Assembly (NCBI GenBank): GCA_964016885.1
Contig: OZ024743.1
Coordinates: 232,624,001 to 232,688,000, forward strand
DNA from: Eledone cirrhosa
Taxonomy: Eukaryota
DNA length: 64,000 bases
Direction of reading: 5' to 3'
Part shown: one piece after another, positions 12,456 to 25,627 of the stretch
How positions within the stretch are numbered: the stretch's first letter is position 1
Layout of the letters: each line of letters begins with the position of its first letter
Program-made: the position numbers and the translations under genes
The notes under the pieces: model-generated
What the model was told of the DNA's origin: nothing
The model's input: only the letters and a program-made list of their open reading frames with translations
The model's database searches: none

Positions 12456-12770
12456 AGTGTGTGTTTATGTAATTTTCAAAACACAAATCAATCAAAATAT
12501 ATCTGGATGCCTTTATTAGTTTTTGTAATGGATAAATTGCACAACATTAAAAATGCTGGCTTTTAAAAATGTATCAGACTCGAAAGACGTGTAAAAACAT
12601 CAGCACACGCAAACAAATAAAAGAGACTAAAAAACGAATATTGAAGCCATTATTGGTTTTTAAAGGAAGTTATCATTGTACGCTGTTGCAGGAAATATTT
12701 TTTATATCATTGATTGTGTTGTTATTATTATTGTGTTCTTATTATTATTGTTAATGGATTATTATTAGTT

Positions 12771-13430
12771 CGGGCGGTGGATTGACAGTATTGGAAGAAC
12801 GCCGGTTAATATACTTTACGGCATAGAGATACGACCCTTCATGGTCTAAGTTCAAATCTTGCCTAGGTTACTTTAACTTTCATCCTTACGGTGTCGATAA
12901 AATAAAGTACCAGTAATGCACTGGGGTCGAATTAATTGACTTTCCCCTCTCCCAAATTACTGGCCTTGTGCCTATAGTAGAAATCCTTATTATTGTCAAT
13001 GGATTATTATTGTTGCTAGTAATTATTGTTGCTAGTAATGCACTGGGGTCGATTTAATCGAATTTCCTCTCATCCAAAATTGCTGGCCTTATGCCTAGAT
13101 TAGAAACCATTATCAGTGTTAGTATTGAAGGCAAATGGCTTAATGGTTAGGTTACTAAACTTACAATCTTAAGATCGTGAGATCAATTCGCGGTGGTGTA
13201 TTGCGATCTTAAGCAAAACACTTTATAAAGAGAATTGATAAAATGTCGGATGACATAAGATAATTTTCAGGCCTTTTACGATCTGTGTTCAAATCCTACC
13301 GAGGTCAAATATACCTTTCAGCCTGCCACGGTCGAGAAACTATAGTATTACTCAAGCACTGGGGTTGATATAATCGACTTACCCCTCCCTTGAAATTGTT
13401 GACGTAATACCTAAATTAGAGACTATTAAT
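12771..13430 (+). mobile_element. Cluster of older SINE family A copies/fragments and one different tRNA-type SINE head
   Basis: Copies at about 12771-12990, 13030-13110 and 13240-13425 carry the extra ggggtcgatt..atcgact..cccct segment. A separate head lies at about 13128-13205. Confidence 0.75.
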
Positions 13431-13620
13431 AATTGTTTCTACTTTTGGCACAAGGCCAGTAATTACCCAGTGCGTTACTAGTACTTTATTTTATCGACCC
13501 CGTAAGGATGAAAGGCAAAGTTTACCTCGGTGGGATTTGAACTCAGACGATAAAGGACTGTAACTCTATGCTGCAAAGCATGGTGTCCAACTCTCTACCG
13601 ATACTGCCAATCTAACACCC
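13430..13620 (-). mobile_element. SINE family A copy with TSD
   Basis: Consensus match. TSD agactattaataat. Confidence 0.9.
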
Positions 13621-13935
13621 TAGACTATTAATAATGTTAGTTTTTCGTCATGTAATTATTACTTTCTCTTTTAAATTTGTTCTTCATGTTATTTCTGCTG
13701 CCCTCTTTCACAATTTCTATTTTTTAACTTATTTTGCTTTACATTTATTGTTTCTGCAAGTTTTAAAGGTCGGATAGTATTTGTTCCGACTCTTTTCTCT
13801 ATACGTTCAAATCTCTCCTTTCACCCTTTATGTGGGTCGATAAAATATAGTAGCAAAGTAAGGTCGATGGAATTGATTTTAACCCCACCCAACTTACTGT
13901 TTTTTGTGTTAAAATTAAAAAGCATTATTACTTCA

Positions 13936-14325
13936 CGGACAGTGGATTGGCAGTATCGGTAGAGGGTCGGACATGCTTTCCAGCATAGTTACGTCCCTTT
14001 ACGATCTGAGTTCAAATCCCGCCGAGGTTGACTTTGCCTTTCATCCTTACGGGGTCGATAAAATAAAAGTACCAGTAATGCACTGGGTAATTGCTGGCCT
14101 TGTGCCTAAAGTAGAAACAATTATTACTTTCACGGACAGTGGATTGGCAGTATCGGTAGAGAGTCGGACACAATGCTTTGCAGCATAGTTACGTCCGTTT
14201 ACGGTCTGAGTTCAAATCTCGCCGAGGTTAACTTTTGCCTTTCATCCTTACGAGGTCGATAAAATAAAGTACCAGTAATGTACCGGAATAATTGCGGGCC
14301 TTGTGCCAAAAATAGAAACAATTAT
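13936..14325 (+). mobile_element. Head-to-tail dimer of SINE family A
   Basis: Copies at 13936-14122 and 14134-14325. Both are preceded by attact(t)tcac and share the unusual start ggacagtggattggc. Confidence 0.9.
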
Positions 14326-14778
14326 TACATTCACATTTATTTTTTTATCAAACAATGTAGTCTTTTTATGAGAGGAAATTGGGAAGCGGGTTGGCGATCC
14401 GGTAACTATTTGTAGTAGATTTAACAAACTTGTAGCAGATCTCATTTTGACACATTTACCTGTGTTCATTCTTGTGGTTACTGCTGTTGTTGTCTTTGAT
14501 GATTTTATTATTGTTATTGTTTAGCCCCAGATCAGCAGTAACTGGGCAATCTTATGATCAAATTCTTTCCTGTTATAACAACCTCTTTATTAGCAGAGTA
14601 TCTAGGCCGACAATGACGGGGAATTGAGAAGTTCACTTCTCAGCAGTTTCATTTAAGATTTAATCAAACTAAGCTCGACTGCCTGGAAATGAAATTTGCT
14701 AGACAGAAACTGTACGGAGGGACCGTTAGCGGGTTTTTTTCTGTTAGAGTAGGTTGCTAATTTTATTGTTCTGATGTT

Positions 14779-14806
14779 GATCACCATCACCATCATCACC
14801 ATCATC

Positions 14807-14838
<32 letters not shown>

Positions 14839-15410
14839 CATCATCATCACCATCATCATCATCATTATCATCATCATCATCATCTTTACTGTCATCATCA
14901 TCGTCAACATCATTTTTATTATCATCATCTTAATGATGCTGATAATGAGTGTCCTGATAACAGCAATTACATCATCTTTATCATCATAATCATCGCCATT
15001 ATCATCAGCATCATTATCATCATCACCATCCTCATCCTCGTCATCATTTTTATCATAATCATCATAAACATCATTTTTAATATCATCATCAGCAGCAGCA
15101 GCAACAGCACCATCATCACCATCTTCATCGTCCATATCATTATAAACATCTCCTTTATCATCATAATCATGACCATTATCATCAGCATCATTATCATCAT
15201 CATCATCATCCTCATCATTTTTATCATCATCTTCAACATCATTTTTATTATCACCACTACCATCAACTTTATCATCATTCTCACCATCATCATCATCATC
15301 ATCATCACCAACATCATCATCATCTTTACTGTCATCATTATCGTCAACATCATTTTTATTACCATCATCTTAATGATGCTGATAATGAGTGTCCTGATAC
15401 CAGCAATTAA
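14779..15410. repeat. Degenerate (ATC)n trinucleotide repeat with internal duplication
   Basis: An 88-bp block (catctttactgtc...cagcaatta) occurs at 14881 and 15321. Confidence 0.9.
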
Positions 15411-15664
15411 TTTTTTTCTTCCAATCATATTATAAATATAATTAAATATAAAGTTTGAAATTATTTTTGTTAAGCAGCATTATTAAATATTACAATATTA
15501 TTTTAAAAATTGAGTTTTTCTCCACCGCCCTCAGGGTGCTGTTTTCAATTCTCATAACAGCAGTTGAAATATTTGTATTTTTGTAATGTCACATATATAT
15601 ATATATATATATATAATATAACATAATATATGGAGAGGCTGAGTGTGTGTGTTATATACACATA

Positions 15665-15721
<57 letters not shown>

Positions 15722-15747
15722 GGCCTCTACAGGACTAGAATTGTTTC

Positions 15748-15831
<84 letters not shown>

Positions 15832-16310
15832 AAATAGTGATAATGAGAATTTTCTCGAGGGGAGAGTGCTTTAATCAATGAATAATTGAAATCTGGAGTC
15901 AAATATGGTTGTACAGGGAAACAATTTACTTCGAGATCACGTGGTTTTTGGTTCCTTCCGGAATGTTGCTGCGTAGCAACATGGGCAAGTGTGTGCCACT
16001 ATAGCTATGCGTCAACTTCTCTCGTGTGAGTAGAATTTGTGTGGATGACAGTCGTTTATCTATCTCTGTGTGTGCGTTTATGTATGTGTCTGAATATGCT
16101 TTTGCATGTGTGTGCCTGTTGAAATTTGTTTAACTTCTTTGCAGAATTGAAGCAATTCTCTGAAAAAGTAACAGACAATATATATTGTTTTCGGACAAGA
16201 CAGTTTCAGGGACATACAAATGTGTGATGTAGCGTGTGTATGAATGGACATGCGTTTTTCGCTAGAGATTGTATGAATGTATGTGGATATATACATATAT
16301 TATATATGTA

Positions 16311-16351
<41 letters not shown>

Positions 16352-16559
16352 CGTTTCTGAATTTGTTTAGCAAGATTCTTTATCTGAAAACGTGTGTTGA
16401 AACCGATATTGTTATACTTTGGGAGGGTCAAGTTTCCAATAAGAAACACACGCACCAGTTGCTTTCACTTCAATTTATTATAATAAATTTATAAATTTAG
16501 GAATTTATAAATTTCCGGTTGGTGGGTTGGTTCCACAACCAGATAGTTGTTTATATATT

Positions 16560-16602
16560 GTCAAAGTTCTTTCGTCACATATTCTGTGACATCTTCAGTG
16601 AC
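16560..16602 (-). ncRNA. Minimal type I hammerhead ribozyme (PLE)
   Basis: gtca-CTGAAGA-t-gtcaca-gaata-tgtgac-GAA-ag-aa-ct-T-tgac. Stem I 4 bp, stem II 6 bp, vestigial stem III. Confidence 0.8.
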
Positions 16603-16802
16603 TGGGGTTCTTTTCTTTGTTTTTGTGCCTCTCCTTTGTTCTGTCCTACGCCATCTTGTTTCTGTGTGTGTGTTGTGTGCTCAGTCTGCGCATGCGCCAC
16701 ATCCGGGTGTCTGTGTGTGTTTATATTCGTTTATTTATTTGTTTATTTACATGTTACTGGTTAGTTGTTTGTTCTATGTGCGTGTGTGTTTTCATTTTGT
16801 CC

Positions 16803-17491
16803 TTAATTGTAAGTTGTGATGTTGCTGTTCCACTCATGTCTTCTATTTAATTTTGGTTGTGATTCTTTTATCTTTATTGCCTCTGTGATTTGTCTAAACA
16901 TTGCGTCATTTCTGTGTGTAGATTCTATTTTTATTTCTATGTTCTCTAATTTACCCTTATGTTCTATTTTAGCATGTTGGTAGAGTACAGATGATTCATT
17001 ACTATCTTGAAGGTCTCGCCAGTCTTCATTTATCCGTTCCCCTATACTACGAGCTGTCTCACCTATGTACACTATATTTTTATCTCCACATTGTCCTTCA
17101 GTACATCTTATGCTATATACTACATTTCTAGTTTTACAGTTTATATGGGGGCTTAATTTACAGGTTATACATTTCTTAACTATACAGGGGTCTTTGAAAA
17201 GGGTATGTCTTGCTAATAAGTGTTTTTATGGAGGTACCTGGTCTTTCTACTATCTTAATATTGAGTTTATGTTTATCTAGGGCCCTTCTAAATTTGTAAG
17301 CTAATTCACCTCTAGGGGATGTATCGATGAACATTACACTCTGGTATTTATTGCTATCATACCATGAGTTTATTCTATTAGCCTTATTCCTAGTTCTTTC
17401 TATTCTATTCCAAAATTTGCTCCTATACAAGGGGCAGGTCCCATTTGTGTCATTATTTACCATTTTTTCGCATTTGGTTCTGGCTCCTCTA
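16803..17491 (-). pseudogene. PLE ORF 3' part (linker + GIY-YIG endonuclease), inverted copy, frameshifted
   Basis: Cys-rich linker, then NVVYSIRC...YIGETARSIGERINE...SVLYQHAKIEH...RQITEAIKI...PKLNRRHEW. Confidence 0.9.
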
Positions 17492-18410
17492 AAACAAATC
17501 CTCCATTCCCATTATGCCAAACCCATGACTTCCAAATATCTGATCCACCGAAACTCAGCTGTTTCGGACCATACCAAAATCAACATACTGATTGTGGATT
17601 TGGTACGGGTGATGAGAAACGTGTCCCGCATGTGCAACCCGAAGAACTAGAGAAACACATACAACACTTCATCCACCGTATGCAGTTCTCTGGTTACAAT
17701 CAGAGAGATAAAATCAGAGTGTATAGAGAAGCCAGAACCAAATGGAAAAAAATGGTAAATAATGACACAAATGGGACCTGCCCCTTGTATAGGAGCAAAT
17801 TTTGGAATAGAATAGAAAGAACTAGGAATAAGGCTAATAGAATAAACTCATGGTATGATAGCAATAAATACCAGAGTGTAATGTTCATCGATACAACCCC
17901 TAGAGGTGAATTAGCTTACAAATTTAGAAGGGCCCTAGATAAACATAAACTCAATATTAAGATAGTAGAAAGACCAGGTACCTCCATAAAAACACTTATT
18001 AGCAAGACATACCCTTTTCAAAGACCCCCTGTATAGTTAAGAAATGTATAACCTGTAAATTAAGCCCCCATATAAACTGTAAAACTAGAAATGTAGTATA
18101 TAGCATAAGATGTACTGATGGACAATGTAGAGATAAAAATATAGTGTACATAGATGAGACAGCTCGTAGTATAGGGGAACGGATAAATGAAGACTGGCGA
18201 GACCTTCAAGATAGTAAAGAATCATCTGTACTCTACCAACATGCTAAAATAGAACAAGGATAAATTAGAGAACATAGAAATAAAAATAGAATCTACACAC
18301 AGAAAAGACGCAATGTTTAGACAAATCACAGAGGCAATAAACATAAAAGAATTACAACCAAAATTAAATAGAAAACATGAGTGGAACAGCAACATCACAA
18401 CTTACAATTA
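17492..18410 (+). pseudogene. PLE ORF 3' part (RT thumb, linker, GIY-YIG), frameshifted
   Basis: HYAKPMTSKYLIHRNSA...RVMRNVS...FIHRMQFSGY...PLYRSKFW...FIDTTPRGEL...KIVERPGTSIK, then a decayed GIY-YIG (YIDETARS). Frameshifts near 17635, 18025 and 18258. Confidence 0.9.
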
Positions 18411-18612
18411 AGGACAAAATGAAAACACACACGCACATAGAACAAACAACCAACCAGTAACATGTAAATAAACAAATAAATAAACGAATATAAACACACA
18501 CAGACACCCGGATGTGGCGCATGCGCAGACTGAGCACACAACACACACACAGAAACAAGATGGCGTAGGACAGAACAAAGGAGAGGCACAAAAACAAATA
18601 AAAGAATCCCCA

Positions 18613-18655
18613 GTCACTGAAGAGATCACAGAATATGTGACGAAAGAACTTTGAC
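18613..18655 (+). ncRNA. Minimal type I hammerhead ribozyme (PLE)
   Basis: gtca-CTGAAGA-gatcaca-gaata-tgtgac-GAA-ag-aa-ct-T-tgac. Predicted cleavage 3' of 18651. Confidence 0.78.
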
Positions 18656-18939
18656 AATATATAAACAACCATCTGGTTGTGGAACCAACCAACCAACCGG
18701 AAATTTATAAATTCCTAAATTTATAAATTTATTATAATAAATTGAAGTGAAAGCAACTGGTGCGTGTGTTTCTTATTGGCAACTTGACCCTCCCAAAGTA
18801 TAACAATATATATATATATATATATATATATTTAACGAAGGGTATAAATAAGAAATAGTTATTGTTAGATGGATTAACAAAGTTGTTAGATGTAATAACA
18901 AGAATAAAAATTTAGTTTATATATGGTTTACTTCACATG

Positions 18940-19440
18940 AATCAATTAAAAAGTACAATAAAACAGTTAACAAGAGTTGCGAAGGTTGACAATGTTATTT
19001 TGTTGTTCATATGAAAACAGCGAGCGACGAGATAAAGTTTGTTGGTGGTTAAAATGTTGTTGCAGTCGTCATAGTAGTTTTCCTCGTGAGTCTGAGACCA
19101 TAGTGAGTGGGAGATATAGTAATGGTCTGTAATTGATTGTAGACCACTGTGACTTGTAGATAGCGGAATATCTGTACATAGTTTGTTGTGTATCGTAGAG
19201 CTCCAATCTATCTGTTTCTGTAGACCACTGGGTTCTGTTGATAGTGGTGAATCTTTCACATAGCTTGTTCTGTAGTGGGGTTTTCCGATGTCTCTATGTA
19301 AACGTGGGTGGATAAAGGTTTTATATACCTGTCGCTTCCTGTCTCCCACCTTCAGGGGATAGCCAACGCATCAACCTGTTCACACCAAAAGGGTGGTGAC
19401 CTAGAATTTGACGTTTAGGTGTCACCTAAGGTTCAAGACA
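18940..19440 (-). mobile_element. Possible decayed LINE 3' fragment between (TA)n tracts
   Basis: Minus ORF begins ...VYKTFIHPRL..., resembling the YKTFIRP.LEY post-RT motif. An internal imperfect repeat tgtagaccactg...gatag occurs twice. Confidence 0.3.
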
Positions 19441-19456
19441 TGGACCTATTTCTCAA

Positions 19457-20034
<578 letters not shown>

Positions 20035-20055
20035 TATTGGTGCTCTGAAATAGCG

Positions 20056-20256
20056 ATGTATACATGAATGTATGTATAGTATATTTGGCAATATACCGTA
20101 TGTTCAATTAAAAACATTTAGAAGACCATACGCTATTAGTTTTAAAGTAGTGACATAGTCACTACTTTAAAACTGATAGCGTATGCTCTTCTAAATGTTT
20201 TTAATCAGACATACGTTATATTGCCAAATATACTATACATACATTCATGTATACAT
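20056..20256. repeat. 200-bp fold-back palindrome
   Basis: Centre aaagtagtgac-ata-gtcactacttt, with arms of about 99 bp. Confidence 0.9.
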
Positions 20257-20257
20257 G

Positions 20258-20585
20258 TACGATATATTTACGATTAAACATTTGAAACCCTATAGCTATG
20301 AATTTTGAAGGTGATGACTGACGTTTTATCTACCTCGTTTCAGCAGAAACAATGGGAATCAACCGCCAGTTATTTCTGGTTCACTGACCGTTGTCAAGGC
20401 TACGTGTCCCAATCCCTGCTTCTTACTGGACCTCAAAATAATCCGAAACGATATAACTTTTTCGCCTATGTATATGGGCTGATTAGCCTGACTTGCCAGC
20501 TCAGTCTAAATTGAATGGAACAAGATAGGTGACGTCAGTCATCACCTTTAAAATTCATATCTAAAGGTTTCGTAAACATATCGTA
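20258..20585. repeat. Inverted repeat pair (about 55-65 bp) with 205-bp spacer
   Basis: tacgatatatttacg..gaaacc..atgaattttgaaggtgatgactgacgt / acgtcagtcatcacctttaaaattcat..ggtttcgtaaacatatcgta. Confidence 0.8.
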
Positions 20586-20929
20586 TATTATTTGATATGC
20601 AACCCTCACATATAAATATATATGTATATATATATAAACACTTCATTTTATGTTCCAGTACACACGGCTGAGAATGAGTACCAACAGTTGCTATGATTTA
20701 AGCCTGCGGTGGACTAGTATCCTCTCCGGGTAGAGGAGTCTTAGCTAAACGCCAATGTATATTAGGATATGCACCGCTCAGATGAACTTCCGGGTTTGAC
20801 ACAGGCTTTAACTTTATACACACTCACACAGCATTTAGAAATCTAAATTAAACCTAAAGTTGGTACAACTACAGTTTTTAATACATGTCTGTATGCCTGG
20901 ATGTCTGCATTTTGACATTATGACGTAGC

Positions 20930-21310
<381 letters not shown>

Positions 21311-21659
21311 CATGCGGCTTTGACCGGGAGAGTCATTTAGACAGAATTGGGGGGGGGGGGGAGGCTGCACAGTCCCACTTTCCGCCATGGCGATTGGACT
21401 GCATGCCCTGCTTTCCAGGTTACCCTTCCCCACTGTATATATAGCGTGTGTATATATAGTGTGTAACGTTTTTCGAAATATTTACTTCTGCGTTCACAGA
21501 TTGATTTTTTTTATTTTAGTTTCAGAAGATCACGTTGAGGGTGAAAGTAGCGATTCTTTGGTTAAACTTTAATCTGTTATTTTAATATATATTTATAATT
21601 ATATATTCGTGTACAGATATGTTTGCATACACAATAACAAAATATAAACAAACGTATTT

Positions 21660-21691
21660 ATTTCACGAGGAACGCCGGGCCATTCTGCTAG
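21660..21691 (+). mobile_element. Helitron-like 3' terminus
   Basis: cacgaggaacgccgggccattctgCTAG|T: a decayed GC hairpin about 10 nt upstream of CTAG, followed by T. Confidence 0.45.
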
Positions 21692-21854
21692 TTAAATCTT
21701 TAAAAATGTAAACATATTTTTTTACACAGAAAAATAGAGCGATTATTTTTTTATATATAACATCTGGCTGTTCATGGGAAAGCAATATAAAAATAAAAAT
21801 CGACTTCAACAGATATTCTGGGGATGCCCAGCAGGGCCGAAATCCAATAAAACG

Positions 21855-21857
<3 letters not shown>

Positions 21858-21928
<71 letters not shown>
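21858..21928. repeat. (TAG)n microsatellite
   Basis: Direct inspection. Confidence 0.95.
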
Positions 21929-22408
21929 TTTCTAAAATAATTTCCTTCCGCTGGTATCTATATCTATTGCCATATCCATAACCAAGTGAATTTTTTTTCT
22001 CCGATTTATTTCACGTCACTAGACCCATCCAACCCACCCTAGTATCCTCAAACAATTTTTTTAAGAAAAAAAATGAAAAACTTCTTTGTTTTATATATAG
22101 TGCATGTTTACCTTCGTCTTGCGTTAGGAGGTGGTACGTAATAATAGAGAAATTTTTCTGGGAGATTATTTAATAGTTTGAGTGGAGAATTAGAGCCAGC
22201 AGAAACAGCAGAAAGATATATGTATACAGGTAATGAAGTATGACAGAACCCGGAGAAAATTTGATAAACGAGTCAAACTAATAATTGACTTTCCTGAAAT
22301 ACGTTAGATTACATACATTGAAGTCCGAATTTTTGTTCTTGTTTCTTTATTATGTGTAAGCATGTACCTACCTAACTATCTGTCGAACTATCTAACAATC
22401 TATCAATC

Positions 22409-22542
<134 letters not shown>

Positions 22543-23610
22543 GTGTGTGACATAGATAGATAGGTAGATATAGAAATATATATGTGTGAGTATATATATA
22601 TATATAGAGGCATATATGAGTGTGGTCAGAGAGAGAAAGAGAGAGGGGGGAGAAGAAAATAGGCAATGCATACAGCTTCATACAATATTACCTAACCAAG
22701 CGCAGAAACAAAAATACATGAGTTCCCACAGACACTTATGCATACAGAACCATAAAGATTAGCTAGATACTGTCACAGCTAAAAGAATAAAACAGTTTAA
22801 ATGTCTCTATTATTACCAACTATCAGATTATTCATCGTGTTCCTTGCAAAATACTTGCAACAATTTCGATTTATTTCATCATCCTCACTATTTAAATATG
22901 TGTAGCACATTTCTTTTGCTAGTTTAAAGACTGCATTTGTTCTAAAGGATCATTCTTGACAAATCTGTCTACTTCACAAATAACCAAAGAATCACATCAC
23001 TTTCTGACTTTTAAAGTGCGCAACTATTAGCTCTATAAGTACAGTAAAGGAAACACCCAATATCTGATGACCTTTGGAGCCATTTCGAAGCCTGGAACAA
23101 TAAGTTTGTTTCCTTCATCCTGGCATAACTACGAATGTCAAAAAGCACCTGGCACGTTTGAAGAACAAACTGGAAATATATATGCACATGCATAACTACA
23201 AGGGACTTATGCACCATGGTGTTCCACGACACGGAACACACATTGTGCAAGAATACATTAAAAAGATTGGGAGAAAACAAAAATGGTCTAGAATAAACTT
23301 TGACCTCAAATTACATTAAATATATATGGACATACATGGACAACAAATTTGTAGACAAACAACCATCCAGAACAAAAACCTTAGTGGAGGCTATTGAAAA
23401 CGTGTGTATTTTAAAAAATAATCACAGAAATATTGCCAGGCTTTATATCCAAAGGACCTATGAAATAATTTACGATGAAGTCCATATCTGAAAATTGCTT
23501 TCTTGAAGACAATTGGTGCTTTAAAGTGAGTAGTATATTCTATTATAATTTGATGTTATACTCATGTTTGTTAAAAATTACAAGGGGGTTTAAAATTCTA
23601 ACTATGATTG

Positions 23611-23671
<61 letters not shown>

Positions 23672-23675
23672 GTAG

Positions 23676-23796
23676 TAGTTCCATAACAGTTAGTTCACCA
23701 TACCGAGAACAAATTTTTCACTTTAAGCGGATCCTCAGCACGGTCTTAAGGTGAAACATTTGTTCTCGGTATGGTGAACTAACTTTTGTGGAACTA
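23676..23796. repeat. 120-bp fold-back palindrome in (TA)n-flanked insert
   Basis: agttagttcaccataccgagaacaaat / atttgttctcggtatggtgaactaact. Confidence 0.9.
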
Positions 23797-23868
23797 TTTC
23801 TACGAAACTCGTCCATTGGAGTGAGTGCTCTACTACTACGGATATAACCCTCGAGTGTTCTATTATAT

Positions 23869-23899
<31 letters not shown>

Positions 23900-24091
23900 A
23901 GAAGAAAAAAGTGGAGGTGTTACATAGGAGATTTATCGCTCAATCTTGGTTAAAACTTTTTTTCAAGCAGCCGACTCGTGATCTGGGTTGGCACCGCAGA
24001 CCAACTCCAAGCCTGTCCGATCCACAGACCAAGGTTAACACAACAAATATCACATCAAATCTGTGGACGAACCGGCCAGACTCAGACAAGC

Positions 24092-24144
<53 letters not shown>

Positions 24145-24145
<1 letters not shown>

Positions 24146-24325
24146 GAAGTCATCGGATATATATAGTTGTGATGGAGGTATAGTCAATATTGGGCCTTTG
24201 AAACCTTAGATAGTGTTTCTGCTCCGAAATACCAATGAAAGTTGGAAGTTGGAAGATCACTGATGAAGGACTAATTTTATTCATATGTAACCCATGTGCA
24301 ACCACGCAGCTCTCCATTTTTCTAA

Positions 24326-24330
<5 letters not shown>
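24145..24330 (+). mobile_element. Diverged single-copy relative of the 511-bp unit, in (TA)n
   Basis: atcactgatgaaggactaattttattcatatgtaacccatgtgcaacc aligns with atcactgatgagggactcattttattacatgttatccatgcgctacc. The upstream gaggtata...gaaatac arrangement is also shared. Confidence 0.7.
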
Positions 24331-24401
<71 letters not shown>

Positions 24402-24426
24402 TATATATATATTTATATATATATAT

Positions 24427-24478
<52 letters not shown>

Positions 24479-24714
24479 CATATATATATACACATATATA
24501 TGTGTGTGAGTGTGTGTGGAGAGAGAGAGGGGGGAGAGAAGGGGGGGGGGGAGAAGGTGAAATTGGAAATATATTTAAGGGTCTGTTTTTCTTTTTTTTT
24601 TCCTTTCTTTGATTCGTCAAAGTGACATTATTGAAAAAATGAGAAAGACAATTCTTTTAAAAAAAAGAGTTTTATAATGTATATAAAGTATAACTGGTTT
24701 CGATGTATTATTCG

Positions 24715-24903
24715 ATGGATTGGTAGTATCGGTAGAGGGTCCGAAGCCATGCTTTGCAGCAATGAGTTACGGCCTTTTATGGTCTGAGTTCAAATCCCGC
24801 CGAGTTTAACTTTGACTTTCATCCTTACGGGGTCGATAAAATAAAGTAGCAGTAATACACTGGGGTGATTGCTGGCCTTGTGCTAAAAGTAGAAACAATT
24901 ATT
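24715..24903 (+). mobile_element. SINE family A copy
   Basis: Consensus match from head to gtagaaacaatta. Confidence 0.9.
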
Positions 24904-25064
24904 AAAATTAATCTTATCAATTAATGTTGAATTAAAAAGAATTAATAAGAATTAAAAACTAAAAATTAAATTTTAAATTAAATGTTGAGGCGAGTTTTAT
25001 TCATCTTCCCTGTTGAGAAGGAGACTGGAAATATTATATATAAATATATATGTAAATATATATT

Positions 25065-25101
<37 letters not shown>

Positions 25102-25410
25102 ATATAGGGTATGTTAGTACGTATATATGGCTACATGTGTTTATCTATATATCTGTCATTTTTGTTATTAGTAAAAAGCATGGGCGACAGATTGTTATGC
25201 TAATAATTGGAAAGGAATACAACGGCGTATGAAGGCGTGAGTTATGTGAGTTGTCAAGAGAGCGAGAGCGAGAAGTGATAGTGAGAAAGATAGAGGAATA
25301 AAACGATTGTTAAAAAGAGAGGTGGAGAAATGGGGGGGAGAGATGGGAGAGAGAAAGACGGGCGAGTAGAGCATATTCAAACGATATGAAACAACAAGAG
25401 AGCACAAGAG

Positions 25411-25472
<62 letters not shown>

Positions 25473-25627
25473 AAGAAAAAAGAAACAAAGAAACAAAGAA
25501 ACAATGAAAACGAAAGCAGAGGACAGACGTAACGTTGATTGATGTGGAAAGAAATTGTGATAAAAAACAAAATATCAAAAAACTCAGATAGAAAGACAGA
25601 CATAGAGAGAGAGGGGGGGGGGGGGAC

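Larger units (their letters stand above)
16349..18809. mobile_element. Penelope-like retroelement, 5'-truncated, arranged as a fold-back with about 1.09-kb inverted arms, in (TA)n
   Basis: Arms 16406-17491 (-) and 17724-18809 (+) surround a 232-bp spacer. RT thumb and GIY-YIG coding sequence, a hammerhead in each 3' UTR, and (TA)n on both sides. Confidence 0.93.

Noticed and set aside
13936-14030. tRNA genes at SINE heads (A/B-box-like ggcagtatcggtaga / gagttcaaatccc)
   Set aside because: Boxes are too far apart with no full cloverleaf, and they are always attached to the SINE body and tail.
14653-15435. Asp-rich / Met-Ile-rich ORFs
   Set aside because: Translations of the (ATC)n repeat.
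22690-23480. Possible old L1/Tx1-like ORF2 3' remnant
   Set aside because: The sequence is A-rich and coding-like with a weak C..DTEH..C resemblance, but it has too many stops to support a call by eye.
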